A DNA stretch of 64,000 nt from a virus: positions 1-64,000 of IMG/VR virus record IMGVR_UViG_3300044940_000144; one strand, 5' to 3'. Made by a program: the position numbers and the translations under genes. Of this stretch, positions 1 through 7,997 are shown one piece after another; positions within the stretch are counted from its first letter, which is position 1, and every line of letters begins with the position of its first letter. The notes beneath the pieces were generated by a model. The model was not told where the DNA came from. It ran no database searches and was given only the letters and a program-made list of their open reading frames with translations.

Positions 1-230
1 CCGGTTGAGTTGATGGGGTCCACGCCAGCGTGGTGGGTGATGCGGGCGGCGCGCCGCCCGGGGCGGACGACGCTGTCGATCACCTCGATCGAGTCGGGCG
101 GCGCAACCTGCACCGCGCACCGGGCGATAGTCCCGTCGGGCTTTTTGACCGACGGGTCCGCCGGTCCCCGGTTCATGGTGCCGACCGGCAGGTCGTCCCA
201 CGTCCACAGCAGGGGGGGAAGTGTGCGCAT
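1..230 (-). CDS. Polysaccharide-lyase-like protein, N-terminal part (runs off the window); paralog of 3603-4892
   Basis: Manual translation from ATG 230 (GGAGATAGGA upstream): MRTLPPLLWTWDD...RRAARITHHAGVDPINSTG; DPINSTG is shared with AMRFVLQPGDDPINSTG in 3603-4892. Confidence 0.6.
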   Translation of the reverse strand, partial: MRTLPPLLWTWDDLPVGTMNRGPADPSVKKPDGTIARCAVQVAPPDSIEVIDSVVRPGRRAARITHHAGVDPINST

Positions 231-327
231 TCCTATCTCCTGTTTTGGCGACCCGCGATCTTGCGGATCAGCTCGTCGCGGATCTTGTCGGCCAACATGA
301 TCCGCGAGGCTGTTTCGCGGGCGACCG

Positions 328-777
328 TCAATGGCAGACTGCGCTGTTTAGCGACTGGTACTCGGCGTCGGAAAACACCTGCTGGTATTCCAGCTCCTGG
401 ACGGCCTCGCGCAGCAGCTGAATCCACGCGAGCGCGTGAGGGACGCCGCCGACCACGATGCGAGGTGGCGTAGGGTGCGGCCAGTCCGGGCCAGGGCCGA
501 CGATGTGGATCGTGCCGTCGATCACCCTGACCCAGATCGGGTGGTCCTCGGCGTTCTCGACGGGCCACTCATGGGCGCCGGGCGTGCCGATCGCCTCCAT
601 GGCGTCGTGCAGGGTGCCCGCCAGTTCACGCGCCTGCGGGCCCGTGAGCTTGATGTCCGCGACGTGGCGATACGACCTTTTAGCGTCCAGGATGAACACG
701 TGCTCGCCGTCGGCGGCCACGATCTCGATCGGGCTGTCGGCTATGTCGTCGATGTGCCAGGTTTTTTCCTTCATCAC
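328..777 (-). CDS. Hypothetical protein, 'ADxxLTGPQAxELA' paralog family
   Basis: ORF; aligns by eye with 793-1209 (PIEI/V, ADIKLTGPQARELA, EWP, WP..P.IVVG). Confidence 0.7.
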   Translation of the reverse strand: MMKEKTWHIDDIADSPIEIVAADGEHVFILDAKRSYRHVADIKLTGPQARELAGTLHDAMEAIGTPGAHEWPVENAEDHPIWVRVIDGTIHIVGPGPDWPHPTPPRIVVGGVPHALAWIQLLREAVQELEYQQVFSDAEYQSLNSAVCH

Positions 778-792
778 GTGCCTTTCGTGCCG

Positions 793-1209
793 TCAGTTGA
801 CGGCGATTCGGTCCTCAAGGAACTCGGCAGCCTCCCGGAGCACGCGCGCCCACTCACGGGCATGCTCTGCGACGCCGACCACGATGTGGGGGGCCACGAC
901 ATCCGGCCAGGCCGTGCCGCCGGACGTGATGCGGATCATCCTGGACGAGCGCGTCATCCCGTCGCTGACCTTCACCATGACCGGCGTGCCGTCAGCGGTC
1001 GCAAGCGGCCATTCGCGCACGCCGATCGCATCAAGCGTTTCGATGGCGTCGTAAAGGGCGCTCGCCAGTTCACGCGCCTGCGGGCCCGTGAGCGTCATGT
1101 CCGCGAACGACGATCCCATCGCGTCGCAGACGAACACGCGCCCGCCGGTGGCCGTCACCTCGATGGGCCTGCCGCCCATGTCCGTCAGCTCCCATCTGGC
1201 GAACGTCAT
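793..1209 (-). CDS. Hypothetical protein, 'ADxxLTGPQAxELA' paralog family
   Basis: ORF; tandem paralog of 328-777, with shared DNA cgccagttcacgcgcctgcgggcccgtgagc. Confidence 0.7.
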   Translation of the reverse strand: MTFARWELTDMGGRPIEVTATGGRVFVCDAMGSSFADMTLTGPQARELASALYDAIETLDAIGVREWPLATADGTPVMVKVSDGMTRSSRMIRITSGGTAWPDVVAPHIVVGVAEHAREWARVLREAAEFLEDRIAVN

Positions 1210-1230
1210 AGCTGCACCATCTTTCGCCGG

Positions 1231-1731
1231 TCATGCGCTTTTCTCGTCGGCCCAGGCCGCGACCAGGTCACGACCGGCCTCGGTGATGACGCACACCCGC
1301 TGCTTTTCACCGGCCGATCCTGTCCGCACCTGGTCGGTGACGGCGATCAGCCCGCTCTCGCGAAGCTCCGAGCAGCGCTTCCAGTAGCAGCAATGCGGTC
1401 TGTCGGCGAGCCCCGACGCCTTTCCTGCCTGCTCGTCGGTCAGCCCGTCCGGGTGGGCCGCATAGGCCTCAAGAAGCGCCGCTTTCTGCGTACCCGCCCG
1501 GATCCTGACAGATGCAGACGCCCGATGGGACGTGCGCGGATCCGTACGCCGCGCTCCGCCGCCCGGCCGCCGCCGCACGACCTCGGCTTCGAGCTCCATC
1601 ACCCGGCGCACCAGTGCCTCGCCCGCCTGCAGGACGGCGACGTCCCCGGGCAGCGGGCCGAGCACCTTGGATGCCGTCTCCCATCTGTGAATCAGTTCGA
1701 ATGACGACACTGCGTGCGCGTCGCTACTCAT
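1231..1731 (-). CDS. Winged-helix DNA-binding phage protein
   Basis: ARRTDPRTSHRAS motif followed by GLTDEQ..KRCSELRESGLI, typical of phage wHTH proteins; leaderless ATG at 1731. Confidence 0.65.
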   Translation of the reverse strand: MSSDAHAVSSFELIHRWETASKVLGPLPGDVAVLQAGEALVRRVMELEAEVVRRRPGGGARRTDPRTSHRASASVRIRAGTQKAALLEAYAAHPDGLTDEQAGKASGLADRPHCCYWKRCSELRESGLIAVTDQVRTGSAGEKQRVCVITEAGRDLVAAWADEKSA

Positions 1732-1738
1732 TGCACTG

Positions 1739-1766
1739 ATCCTAGCATGCACCCATACTATGTCAA
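1739..1766 (-). promoter_or_regulatory. SigmaA-type promoter, leaderless
   Basis: TTGACA-16nt-TAGGAT, then 7 nt to ATG 1731. Confidence 0.7.
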
Positions 1767-2044
1767 GTGCGCCCGCCGATGGGCCCCTCCCGGGAGGCCA
1801 CCAAGAAATGACTGTAATGGCCGTCCTGGTAGGCGATCAGCCCATCACCGGCGAGCCGGGCCAGCCGCGTCGCGACATAGCGCTCATCTATGTCCATGGC
1901 GAGCGCCACCTCGTACGGGGCCACCGGGCGGCGCCTGCGCGCCGACATCTCGAACGCCACGCGCAGGATGCGGGCGTCGAGCGCTCGCTCCGCCGTCGCG
2001 CCGGGGCGCAGACGGTACTGGTAGCGCAAGACTTGTCCCCACAT
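1763..2044 (-). CDS. Small wHTH protein with TnpB-derived N-terminus
   Basis: VLRYQYRLRPGAxAERAL matches the tnpB N-terminus; the rest (EVALAMDIDERYVATRLARLAGDGLI) is wHTH-like. Confidence 0.55.
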   Translation of the reverse strand: MWGQVLRYQYRLRPGATAERALDARILRVAFEMSARRRRPVAPYEVALAMDIDERYVATRLARLAGDGLIAYQDGHYSHFLVASREGPIGGRT

Positions 2045-2060
2045 ATCGGATCATACAGCG
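1979..2060 (-). mobile_element. Fragment of the tnpB element (promoter plus first ~20 codons)
   Basis: Near-identical to the tnpB 5' region at ~24020-24100 (tatgatcc.ata.gtggggac..gtcttgcgctaccagtaccgtctgcgccccgg.gcga.ggcggagcgagcgctc). Confidence 0.85.
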
Positions 2061-2086
2061 CGGCGCAGTATACTGCAAAGCAGTAC

Positions 2087-3622
2087 ATGACCCCTGAGAT
2101 GGACCTGGCGGAGCGCAACTCGCGGGCTGTTCGATATGCGATCGGCCAGTTCTTTACGCCAGAGCCCGTGGCCCGCTACATGGCTAGCCGTGTCCTAGAG
2201 CTATCGCCGGAACACATCCTGGATCCTGCGGTCGGCGCAGGCGTCCTGCTGCGGGCCCTGCCGCCCACGGTCGCTCGCTACGGGCTGGACATCGACCCAA
2301 GCGCGGTCGAGATCAGCCGTGCGGCGGTCACCGGCGGGCACGTCGAGATCTCCCTCGGGGACTTCCTCGCTGGCGCGACCCTTGAGCAGGCGAAAGACCT
2401 TCCCCTTTCGCGTCAGTACTTCGACGCCGTCATCGCCAATCCGCCGTACATCAGGCACCACCTGCTGTCGCAACCCCTGAAGGCCGGGGGCGGGGCGCGG
2501 TATGCCAGGTCCCTGGGGCTCAAGCCATCACGGCTCTCATCTGCCTACGTCTACTTCCTCCTAGAGAGCATCGTTCGGCTCCGACCCGGGGGACGGCTTG
2601 TCTTCATCACCCCGACCGAGTTCCTGGATGTCTCGTATGGGCGAGTCGTCAAGGAAGCCCTGTTGCGCCACTGCCAGATCGACGAACTGGTGGTCTTCGA
2701 CGAAGAGCACCTAACCTTTGGGGAAGGAGTTCTCTCGACGAGTGCCATCACAGTGGCGACCAAGCGCACCTCGCCGTCCGCCCGCGCAGGGCAGCGGACC
2801 GTGAAGGTCACCGAGCCGGTGGGCCCGGACCTTCGTGTGGACGTGACAAGTCGCGACGTTCTGGACCCCGATCCGGCCCTCCCTTGGACCGCGCTAACAC
2901 CCTCAAAGACCGAGGCTCACTCAGCGCTTCACGTCGGCCGCGGTCGCACGCTCGGTGATTTCGCGCGGGTCCGCCGAGGCATCGCCACGGGGTCGAAAGC
3001 GTTCTTCTGCCTCACCGAGAGTGAGCGGTGCTCGTGGGGTATCGAGGAACGCTTCGTGGTTCCGTGCTTGACCGGAGCACGCTCCGTTCCCGCAGATGGG
3101 CCCGTCGATGACGAGTGGTTCGCCTACCTGAAAAACAGCGGCGCACGATGCTGGCTTCTTTGGTGTCATGACGACGCGGAATCCCTGGTGGGAACTCGGG
3201 TTGCCGCCTACTTGGAGGAAGGGCTTCGCCGCGGTGTCCATGAGGCCTACAACTGCCGCACCCGCAAGCCGTGGTACTCAGTCGAGCGTGTGCCGCCGCC
3301 TGACTGGTTCGTGACCTACATGAGCAGGAACCACGCCCGCTTCAGCCGGAACCTCGTCGGCGCTCGGTGTCTGACGAGCCTTTTGAACGTGTGGAATACC
3401 GGCCCCGCATCGGTCGCATGGCTCGACGCACAGTTCCGGCACCCCGACATACCACTCCTGCTCCGCTCCGTCGGCCGGACCTACGGGGGCGGTCTCGGGA
3501 AAACGGAGCCGAAGGAGCTGCTGCGGCTGCCTCTGCCCGATTACCTAGGCGACCGAGGCGAAGCTGCCGCAGCGCACGCTGCGGCCGACAGGCCGAGAGG
3601 GTTCATCGCATCTGCTTGCTGA
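2087..3622 (+). CDS. Orphan N6-adenine DNA methyltransferase (gamma class, TaqI/Eco57I-like)
   Basis: GQFFTP, LDPAVGAG (motif I), NPPY (motif IV), RRGIATG; start likely ATG 2087 after palindrome GCAGTATACTGC (2065-2076). Confidence 0.9.
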   Translation: MTPEMDLAERNSRAVRYAIGQFFTPEPVARYMASRVLELSPEHILDPAVGAGVLLRALPPTVARYGLDIDPSAVEISRAAVTGGHVEISLGDFLAGATLEQAKDLPLSRQYFDAVIANPPYIRHHLLSQPLKAGGGARYARSLGLKPSRLSSAYVYFLLESIVRLRPGGRLVFITPTEFLDVSYGRVVKEALLRHCQIDELVVFDEEHLTFGEGVLSTSAITVATKRTSPSARAGQRTVKVTEPVGPDLRVDVTSRDVLDPDPALPWTALTPSKTEAHSALHVGRGRTLGDFARVRRGIATGSKAFFCLTESERCSWGIEERFVVPCLTGARSVPADGPVDDEWFAYLKNSGARCWLLWCHDDAESLVGTRVAAYLEEGLRRGVHEAYNCRTRKPWYSVERVPPPDWFVTYMSRNHARFSRNLVGARCLTSLLNVWNTGPASVAWLDAQFRHPDIPLLLRSVGRTYGGGLGKTEPKELLRLPLPDYLGDRGEAAAAHAAADRPRGFIASAC

Positions 3623-4892
3623 AACGCCAGAGCGCCTCGGTCGTGCGCTGGCAGGCGTTCGCCACCGAGGAGATCGCGTCCTTGAGATTGACGTTCGAGT
3701 AGTTCGACGCGATCGCCTTGGCGCGGTTGCGCGCCGAGATCGCCGAGTCGAGAGCGACCTGGTAGTCCGCATCGGTGCCGACCCACACCTGCTGCGCCGG
3801 AGGTGGGCCGATGACGACCGGGACCGCGGCCGAGGTCGTGTTGCCGACGGTGTCGGTGGCCTCGAACACCAGGTCGTAGCCGCCGGGCGCCAGCACAGGC
3901 AGGCTCACCGGGGAGCCATCGCCGAACGGGGCCTTGGTCTCGCGCGCGATCACCTGACCGGCGACCGCGACCGTCACCTGCGAGATGCCCGAAGGATCGA
4001 CGGCGTCCACCATCCAGGTCAGAAGGCCGTCGGTGATCCTCGTGCCCGGCCGAGGGGCGATGACCGTCATCTGCGGGCCGGTGGTGTCCGGCACGGGCAC
4101 GGGCACAGCGCCCGGAGCGAACAGCGCTTTCGCCTCGCTGACGCTTTGCACGCGCGCAAAGCCCCCGTGGTACCACTGCGACGCAGGACGGCCGTCGCCG
4201 AAGTAGCCGCCCCCCTTCCAGTAGCCCCCGCCGTGGCCGTCGTAATAGGTCGGGATGTTCTTGTCGAAGGCGATCGTCCAGTCCGAGTCGCCGATCTTCT
4301 TGTGGCACACGACCCGGCCGTTCGACCCCCACTTGACCTCGAAGATCAGCCGGATCCACTGATCGAGCGGGATCACATCGTGGATGATCGAGTTGATCTC
4401 AGACCCCCCCAGACCGGCGCGGGTGTCGAGAAACAGCTTGCCGTTGGGGTAGCGGCCCCACCCCTGGTCGGCCCGGACCGCGAACGGCGGGCTACCGGTC
4501 GAGCCGGGGTGGTGTATCTGCCATAGGATCGCCCAGCTCGGGCTCAGCGCCCACTTGGTGTCGGCCGGGTTCTTGGAGGATCCGCCGGGAAGCCAAAATG
4601 CCACCGCATAGACACCCGAGGTCCCCGACACCTCCCCGCCGCCCGAGGACTGCAGATGCGATCCGCAGAACTCGCAGCGCACGCCGGTCGAGTTGATCGG
4701 ATCGTCACCGGGCTGAAGGACGAACCTCATGGCCACCGGCGTGTCGGCCCAGACCGGCGGCAGATAGGTCACCGTGCGCGTGCGATCGGCCGAGACCCGC
4801 TGCCATCCGGTGCTCGGGCCGGGTGGGGATGAATCCCCGGAAACCCGTACGGCCTGCCAGCGGGCGTGGTGGGTGGGAAGTGGCATCGTCAA
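3603..4892 (-). CDS. Polysaccharide lyase-like (heparin lyase I-like) protein with C-terminal bacterial Ig-like domain
   Basis: RFVLQPGD..RCE, WQIHH..GSPPFA, VKW, YWKGGGY; Ig-like DTTGP..DPSGISQV..ATDTVGN. Confidence 0.75.
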   Translation of the reverse strand: MTMPLPTHHARWQAVRVSGDSSPPGPSTGWQRVSADRTRTVTYLPPVWADTPVAMRFVLQPGDDPINSTGVRCEFCGSHLQSSGGGEVSGTSGVYAVAFWLPGGSSKNPADTKWALSPSWAILWQIHHPGSTGSPPFAVRADQGWGRYPNGKLFLDTRAGLGGSEINSIIHDVIPLDQWIRLIFEVKWGSNGRVVCHKKIGDSDWTIAFDKNIPTYYDGHGGGYWKGGGYFGDGRPASQWYHGGFARVQSVSEAKALFAPGAVPVPVPDTTGPQMTVIAPRPGTRITDGLLTWMVDAVDPSGISQVTVAVAGQVIARETKAPFGDGSPVSLPVLAPGGYDLVFEATDTVGNTTSAAVPVVIGPPPAQQVWVGTDADYQVALDSAISARNRAKAIASNYSNVNLKDAISSVANACQRTTEALWRFSKQMR

Positions 4893-5009
4893 CGTCTCCC
4901 GTCTCGTGTTTATTGCTTACGCTTTTGATCGTTTTCGTCGAAATAGCCGGGTTTCAGCTCACGGGGCGCTCCACCACGCTCATGCGGTGCACGCGCCATA
5001 ATCCGGGGC

Positions 5010-5393
5010 ATGACGACAGCCAAAAAGACGCCTCCAAAAGGATACGTCACCATCGCCAGGGCCGCCGAGATGGACGACGTGACGATCCAGGCCATCAAGA
5101 ACCGCATCGCACGCGGCACACTGAAATCCATCAAGATCGGCAAGCTGCGCTACGTGCCGGTCAGATCGCTGCTGTACTACCGCCGCACGCACGTCCATAG
5201 AGCCATCCCGCCCAAGGGATTCGTCTACCGATCCTACCGCATGCCACTGTGGATGGCGGAAGCCCTCAAGGAGTACGCGCGCGTCCACGAAACCGATGCC
5301 TCTGCCGTCGTCAGGGACGCCGTTGATGCCCTGTTGACCTCCCGATGGCCCGAATATGCGTTTCGGTCGATTGAGCACCGGAAAAATGGCTGA
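5010..5393 (+). CDS. Excisionase-like HTH fused to a ribbon-helix-helix domain
   Basis: VTIARAAE..IARGTLKSIKIG..YVP (HTH_17-like) and SYRMP..EALKEYA..SAVVRDAVDALL (RHH); CATAAT-7nt-ATG. Confidence 0.7.
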   Translation: MTTAKKTPPKGYVTIARAAEMDDVTIQAIKNRIARGTLKSIKIGKLRYVPVRSLLYYRRTHVHRAIPPKGFVYRSYRMPLWMAEALKEYARVHETDASAVVRDAVDALLTSRWPEYAFRSIEHRKNG

Positions 5394-5407
5394 CGTTACT
5401 TAGTTCG

Positions 5408-5466
5408 CCGGTTATCGATCTTAGGCCATCGGATCGCCGGTTACCGATTTACCGGTTACCGATTTA
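5408..5466. repeat. Three ~15-bp direct repeats CCGGTTAYCGATYT
   Basis: ccggttatcgatct at 5408; ccggttaccgattta at 5437 and 5452. Confidence 0.8.
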
Positions 5467-5479
5467 GAGGTTTACTGGA

Positions 5480-5665
5480 CTAATGATCCTCGACGATGAC
5501 CTCGAATCTTGTGGCGTCCACGACCTGATTGGCCGCATCGACGCACTCCTGGAGGCTCGCGTACCGCGCCGACCAGGCGATCACCCGACCGCCGCGTCCT
5601 ATCAGCCGAAAGTGCCAGCGCTGGCGGCCGAACTGATTGCGCCCGCGCACGATGACGACCTTCAT
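5480..5665 (-). CDS. DUF1508/YegP-like small protein
   Basis: WHFRLIGRGGRVIAWSARYASLQECVDA pattern. Confidence 0.7.
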   Translation of the reverse strand: MKVVIVRGRNQFGRQRWHFRLIGRGGRVIAWSARYASLQECVDAANQVVDATRFEVIVEDH

Positions 5666-5985
5666 CCGCCCTGGTTCAGGTCGTGGATCGCGAAATCAAA
5701 ACGCGCCGTCTCGCCGCTTGGCTGCTCGCCGTCCTGACCGGCGAAACGGGACTCGTCGAAGACGGCCGTGAACACCAGTTGCCTGGCGCCCAACCCGCGC
5801 AGGTACGACGCCAGCACGTCGGTGGTCAGGTTGACCGAGCCCTCGATCGCCGACACGCGGGACTGGACGACGCCCATCTCGGTCGCCAGATCGACCTGGC
5901 TGACGCCAAGGGTCGTGCGCAAAAGCGCCAGTCCCGCCCCGACGGTTCCTCGCATGTTGTTCAGTGGATTCCTTGGATGCCCCAT
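5662..5985 (-). CDS. XRE-family HTH regulator
   Basis: LRTTLGVSQVDLATEMGVVQSRVSAIE; RBS GAGGTG before ATG 5985. Confidence 0.85.
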   Translation of the reverse strand: MGHPRNPLNNMRGTVGAGLALLRTTLGVSQVDLATEMGVVQSRVSAIEGSVNLTTDVLASYLRGLGARQLVFTAVFDESRFAGQDGEQPSGETARFDFAIHDLNQGG

Positions 5986-5990
5986 GATGT

Positions 5991-6218
5991 TCACCTCGAC
6001 ACCGGGATCGTCCAGCACGCGCCGTTGCCGGGACTGATCCGGGCGCTCGCCGCGGGACGGCCCGAGACGGACTCGTACTCCAAAGGAACGTCGTTCCACA
6101 CGTAAAGAACCCGCCCGTCGTCGCCGACGATCATCGACATCTCGACATCGCGGGTGGCGACGAGCTCTCCGTGCTCATCGAGCAGATCGATCGCACAGGT
6201 TCGCGTCTCGATGTGCAT
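5991..6218 (-). CDS. Hypothetical protein
   Basis: ORF in co-oriented string. Confidence 0.5.
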   Translation of the reverse strand: MHIETRTCAIDLLDEHGELVATRDVEMSMIVGDDGRVLYVWNDVPLEYESVSGRPAASARISPGNGACWTIPVSR

Positions 6219-6225
6219 GGCCCCG

Positions 6226-6465
6226 TCAGCAGACGTGCATGTCCCATCCGACAGACGACGCCAGCGCGAACACCGGCTCGGGGATGCGGGTCATCCCTTT
6301 CGGGTCGCGCCACTCGCAGACGCCGTCCGGTTGCGCAAGCGAATACCAACGGCCGAACACCTGGTTTTCCTCCTGGATGAGAACTTTTCCGAACACCGTC
6401 GCGGGGCCGCGGCCGTCGCACAGAAAGACATCCGCGACGCGCTTGCCGGATGACCGCTGAATCAT
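6226..6465 (-). CDS. Hypothetical protein
   Basis: ORF filling the gap; start uncertain. Confidence 0.45.
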   Translation of the reverse strand: MIQRSSGKRVADVFLCDGRGPATVFGKVLIQEENQVFGRWYSLAQPDGVCEWRDPKGMTRIPEPVFALASSVGWDMHVC

Positions 6466-6488
6466 ATCACTCTTCGGTATCGGGCCTC

Positions 6489-7103
6489 CTAGTACCACCC
6501 GCGCGATCTCTGCCAGGCATCCGCCGCGCAGGGGCCGCCGTAGCGGCCGTCCACGTAAGCGAAAAACCACCGCAACTGCGTTTTGGGGTTGGTCAGATAG
6601 TCCGCCCCGTAGGGCCTCATCTTCGACGCCGGAAGCGCCTGGCCAAGCCCATAGGCGCCCGAGCCCGAGTGGTTGCTCACCGTGACCTGCCAGCCCGACT
6701 CGCGCCGGATCAGCTCATGTACGCACGGCCACGCCGCCTCACCGTAGCGATCGACCGTCATGACGTATCCGATCCCCTTGACCGGGCCGTAGCGCCGCAC
6801 TGCGCGCGCGTGGCGCTTGGCCCTTTCGTGGGCGGCTCGGACGTTTGGATGCAGGATCATCCACAATCGCCGGGCTTCGGAGCGCACAAGCCCATGGTCG
6901 GCCCGGCCGTCTTTGGGTCTGCCATGCACAACGACGTTGCGGCCGCGCAAATGCTCAGGGACCGCCGCGTACATCCGCTCATAGGCCGACCGCAGCTTGG
7001 TCGTGCTGGATGGCAGAAAACCGTGGGCACCGGCATGGCTCACGGGCCCTGATAACGCTGCGCATATCGCCATGCAGGCGATTCGGACATGATGACTGAA
7101 CAC
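6489..7103 (-). CDS. Secreted lytic transglycosylase (SLT/lysozyme-like)
   Basis: Signal-like N-terminus; RESGW..SGAYGLGQALPASKM..NPKTQLRW..YVDGRYG..GWY. Confidence 0.85.
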   Translation of the reverse strand: MFSHHVRIACMAICAALSGPVSHAGAHGFLPSSTTKLRSAYERMYAAVPEHLRGRNVVVHGRPKDGRADHGLVRSEARRLWMILHPNVRAAHERAKRHARAVRRYGPVKGIGYVMTVDRYGEAAWPCVHELIRRESGWQVTVSNHSGSGAYGLGQALPASKMRPYGADYLTNPKTQLRWFFAYVDGRYGGPCAADAWQRSRGWY

Positions 7104-7186
7104 GGTGTGACCTTTCTGTTCGTTTGCACTTGGCTCCCGCCTTCTTGGGGTTGAAAAACGCTTATGTGTCGTCGTGGTTTACGGGT

Positions 7187-7492
7187 TTACAGCCGCGTGC
7201 CGGTTGTCCTTTCATATGCACGGGCGATGCCGAGCAGATATGCCGCCCTGCCCTGCTCACGCAGGCTCAGATATGGCAGAAGGTCCAGTCGGTGCTGGTC
7301 GTACTTTTCATGGCACGACCGGCACAATGGACAGATGTCGTCGGGGACGACGACCGCACGCTTTTTCGCGACCTTGGGGTCGTAGCGCCGGTAGGCGATG
7401 TGGGCGGCCTGGAGGTCGCGCGATGTCCCGCAGACCCGGCAGACGCCCTCAGCGTCAACCTTGGCTCGTGCGATTGAGAAGTCGCGTTCCAC
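7187..7492 (-). CDS. HNH-type endonuclease
   Basis: CRVCG..LQAAHI..PLCRSCH. Confidence 0.75.
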   Translation of the reverse strand: MERDFSIARAKVDAEGVCRVCGTSRDLQAAHIAYRRYDPKVAKKRAVVVPDDICPLCRSCHEKYDQHRLDLLPYLSLREQGRAAYLLGIARAYERTTGTRL

Positions 7493-7721
7493 GCGCGTTG
7501 CGCTTGTAGTGGTAGACGACGCTCGCACGACCGTTGTTGCGGCGCACCAGCCGCACGTCGACCAGCCGGTCCTCGGCGAGCCGGTTGAAGCTGACGACAG
7601 CCTGACGGTGGGAGATGATCAGCTCGTCGGCCATGTCGATGGCCGCGTACCAGATGCGCGGCTTCATGGCCGCGAGAAGCGCCAAGTCCTTCGGGCGGTG
7701 TGCCCACTGCTTGGCGGGCAT
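7455..7721 (-). CDS. Hypothetical (possible wHTH) protein
   Basis: ORF; start overlaps the upstream stop. Confidence 0.5.
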   Translation of the reverse strand: MPAKQWAHRPKDLALLAAMKPRIWYAAIDMADELIISHRQAVVSFNRLAEDRLVDVRLVRRNNGRASVVYHYKRNARGTRLLNRTSQG

Positions 7722-7963
7722 CAGCTCAGGCGCCAGTAGTGGCGCGTCGCGCCCCGGCTTCCGATGTCCACCTGGCGGCGCTCCAAGAGCCCTCGTGAGG
7801 TCAGCCGCTCAAGCGACAACTGCACCCCCTGCCGGGAGGGCAGCCGTCCCCAGGTGCCGATGGCCGCCTGGGCCACCTCGGCGATCGTCCACCAGTGGCC
7901 TTCGTCACCGGCCTTGATGGCCTCCAGGAGTGCCTGCTCCAGTTCAGTCTTTTGCACGCTCAT
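7721..7963 (-). CDS. Small wHTH protein
   Basis: WTIAEVAQ..SLERLTSRGLLERR; TATGCT-7nt-ATG; inverted repeat GCATACC-N5-GGTATGC (7972-7990) overlaps the promoter. Confidence 0.6.
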   Translation of the reverse strand: MSVQKTELEQALLEAIKAGDEGHWWTIAEVAQAAIGTWGRLPSRQGVQLSLERLTSRGLLERRQVDIGSRGATRHYWRLS

Positions 7964-7997
7964 GTCGTATAGCATACCACGTCGGTATGCAACCCTG

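Noticed and set aside
1760-2086. N-terminal extension of the methyltransferase ORF
   Set aside because: Overlaps the opposite-strand wHTH gene; MTase motifs start after ATG 2087
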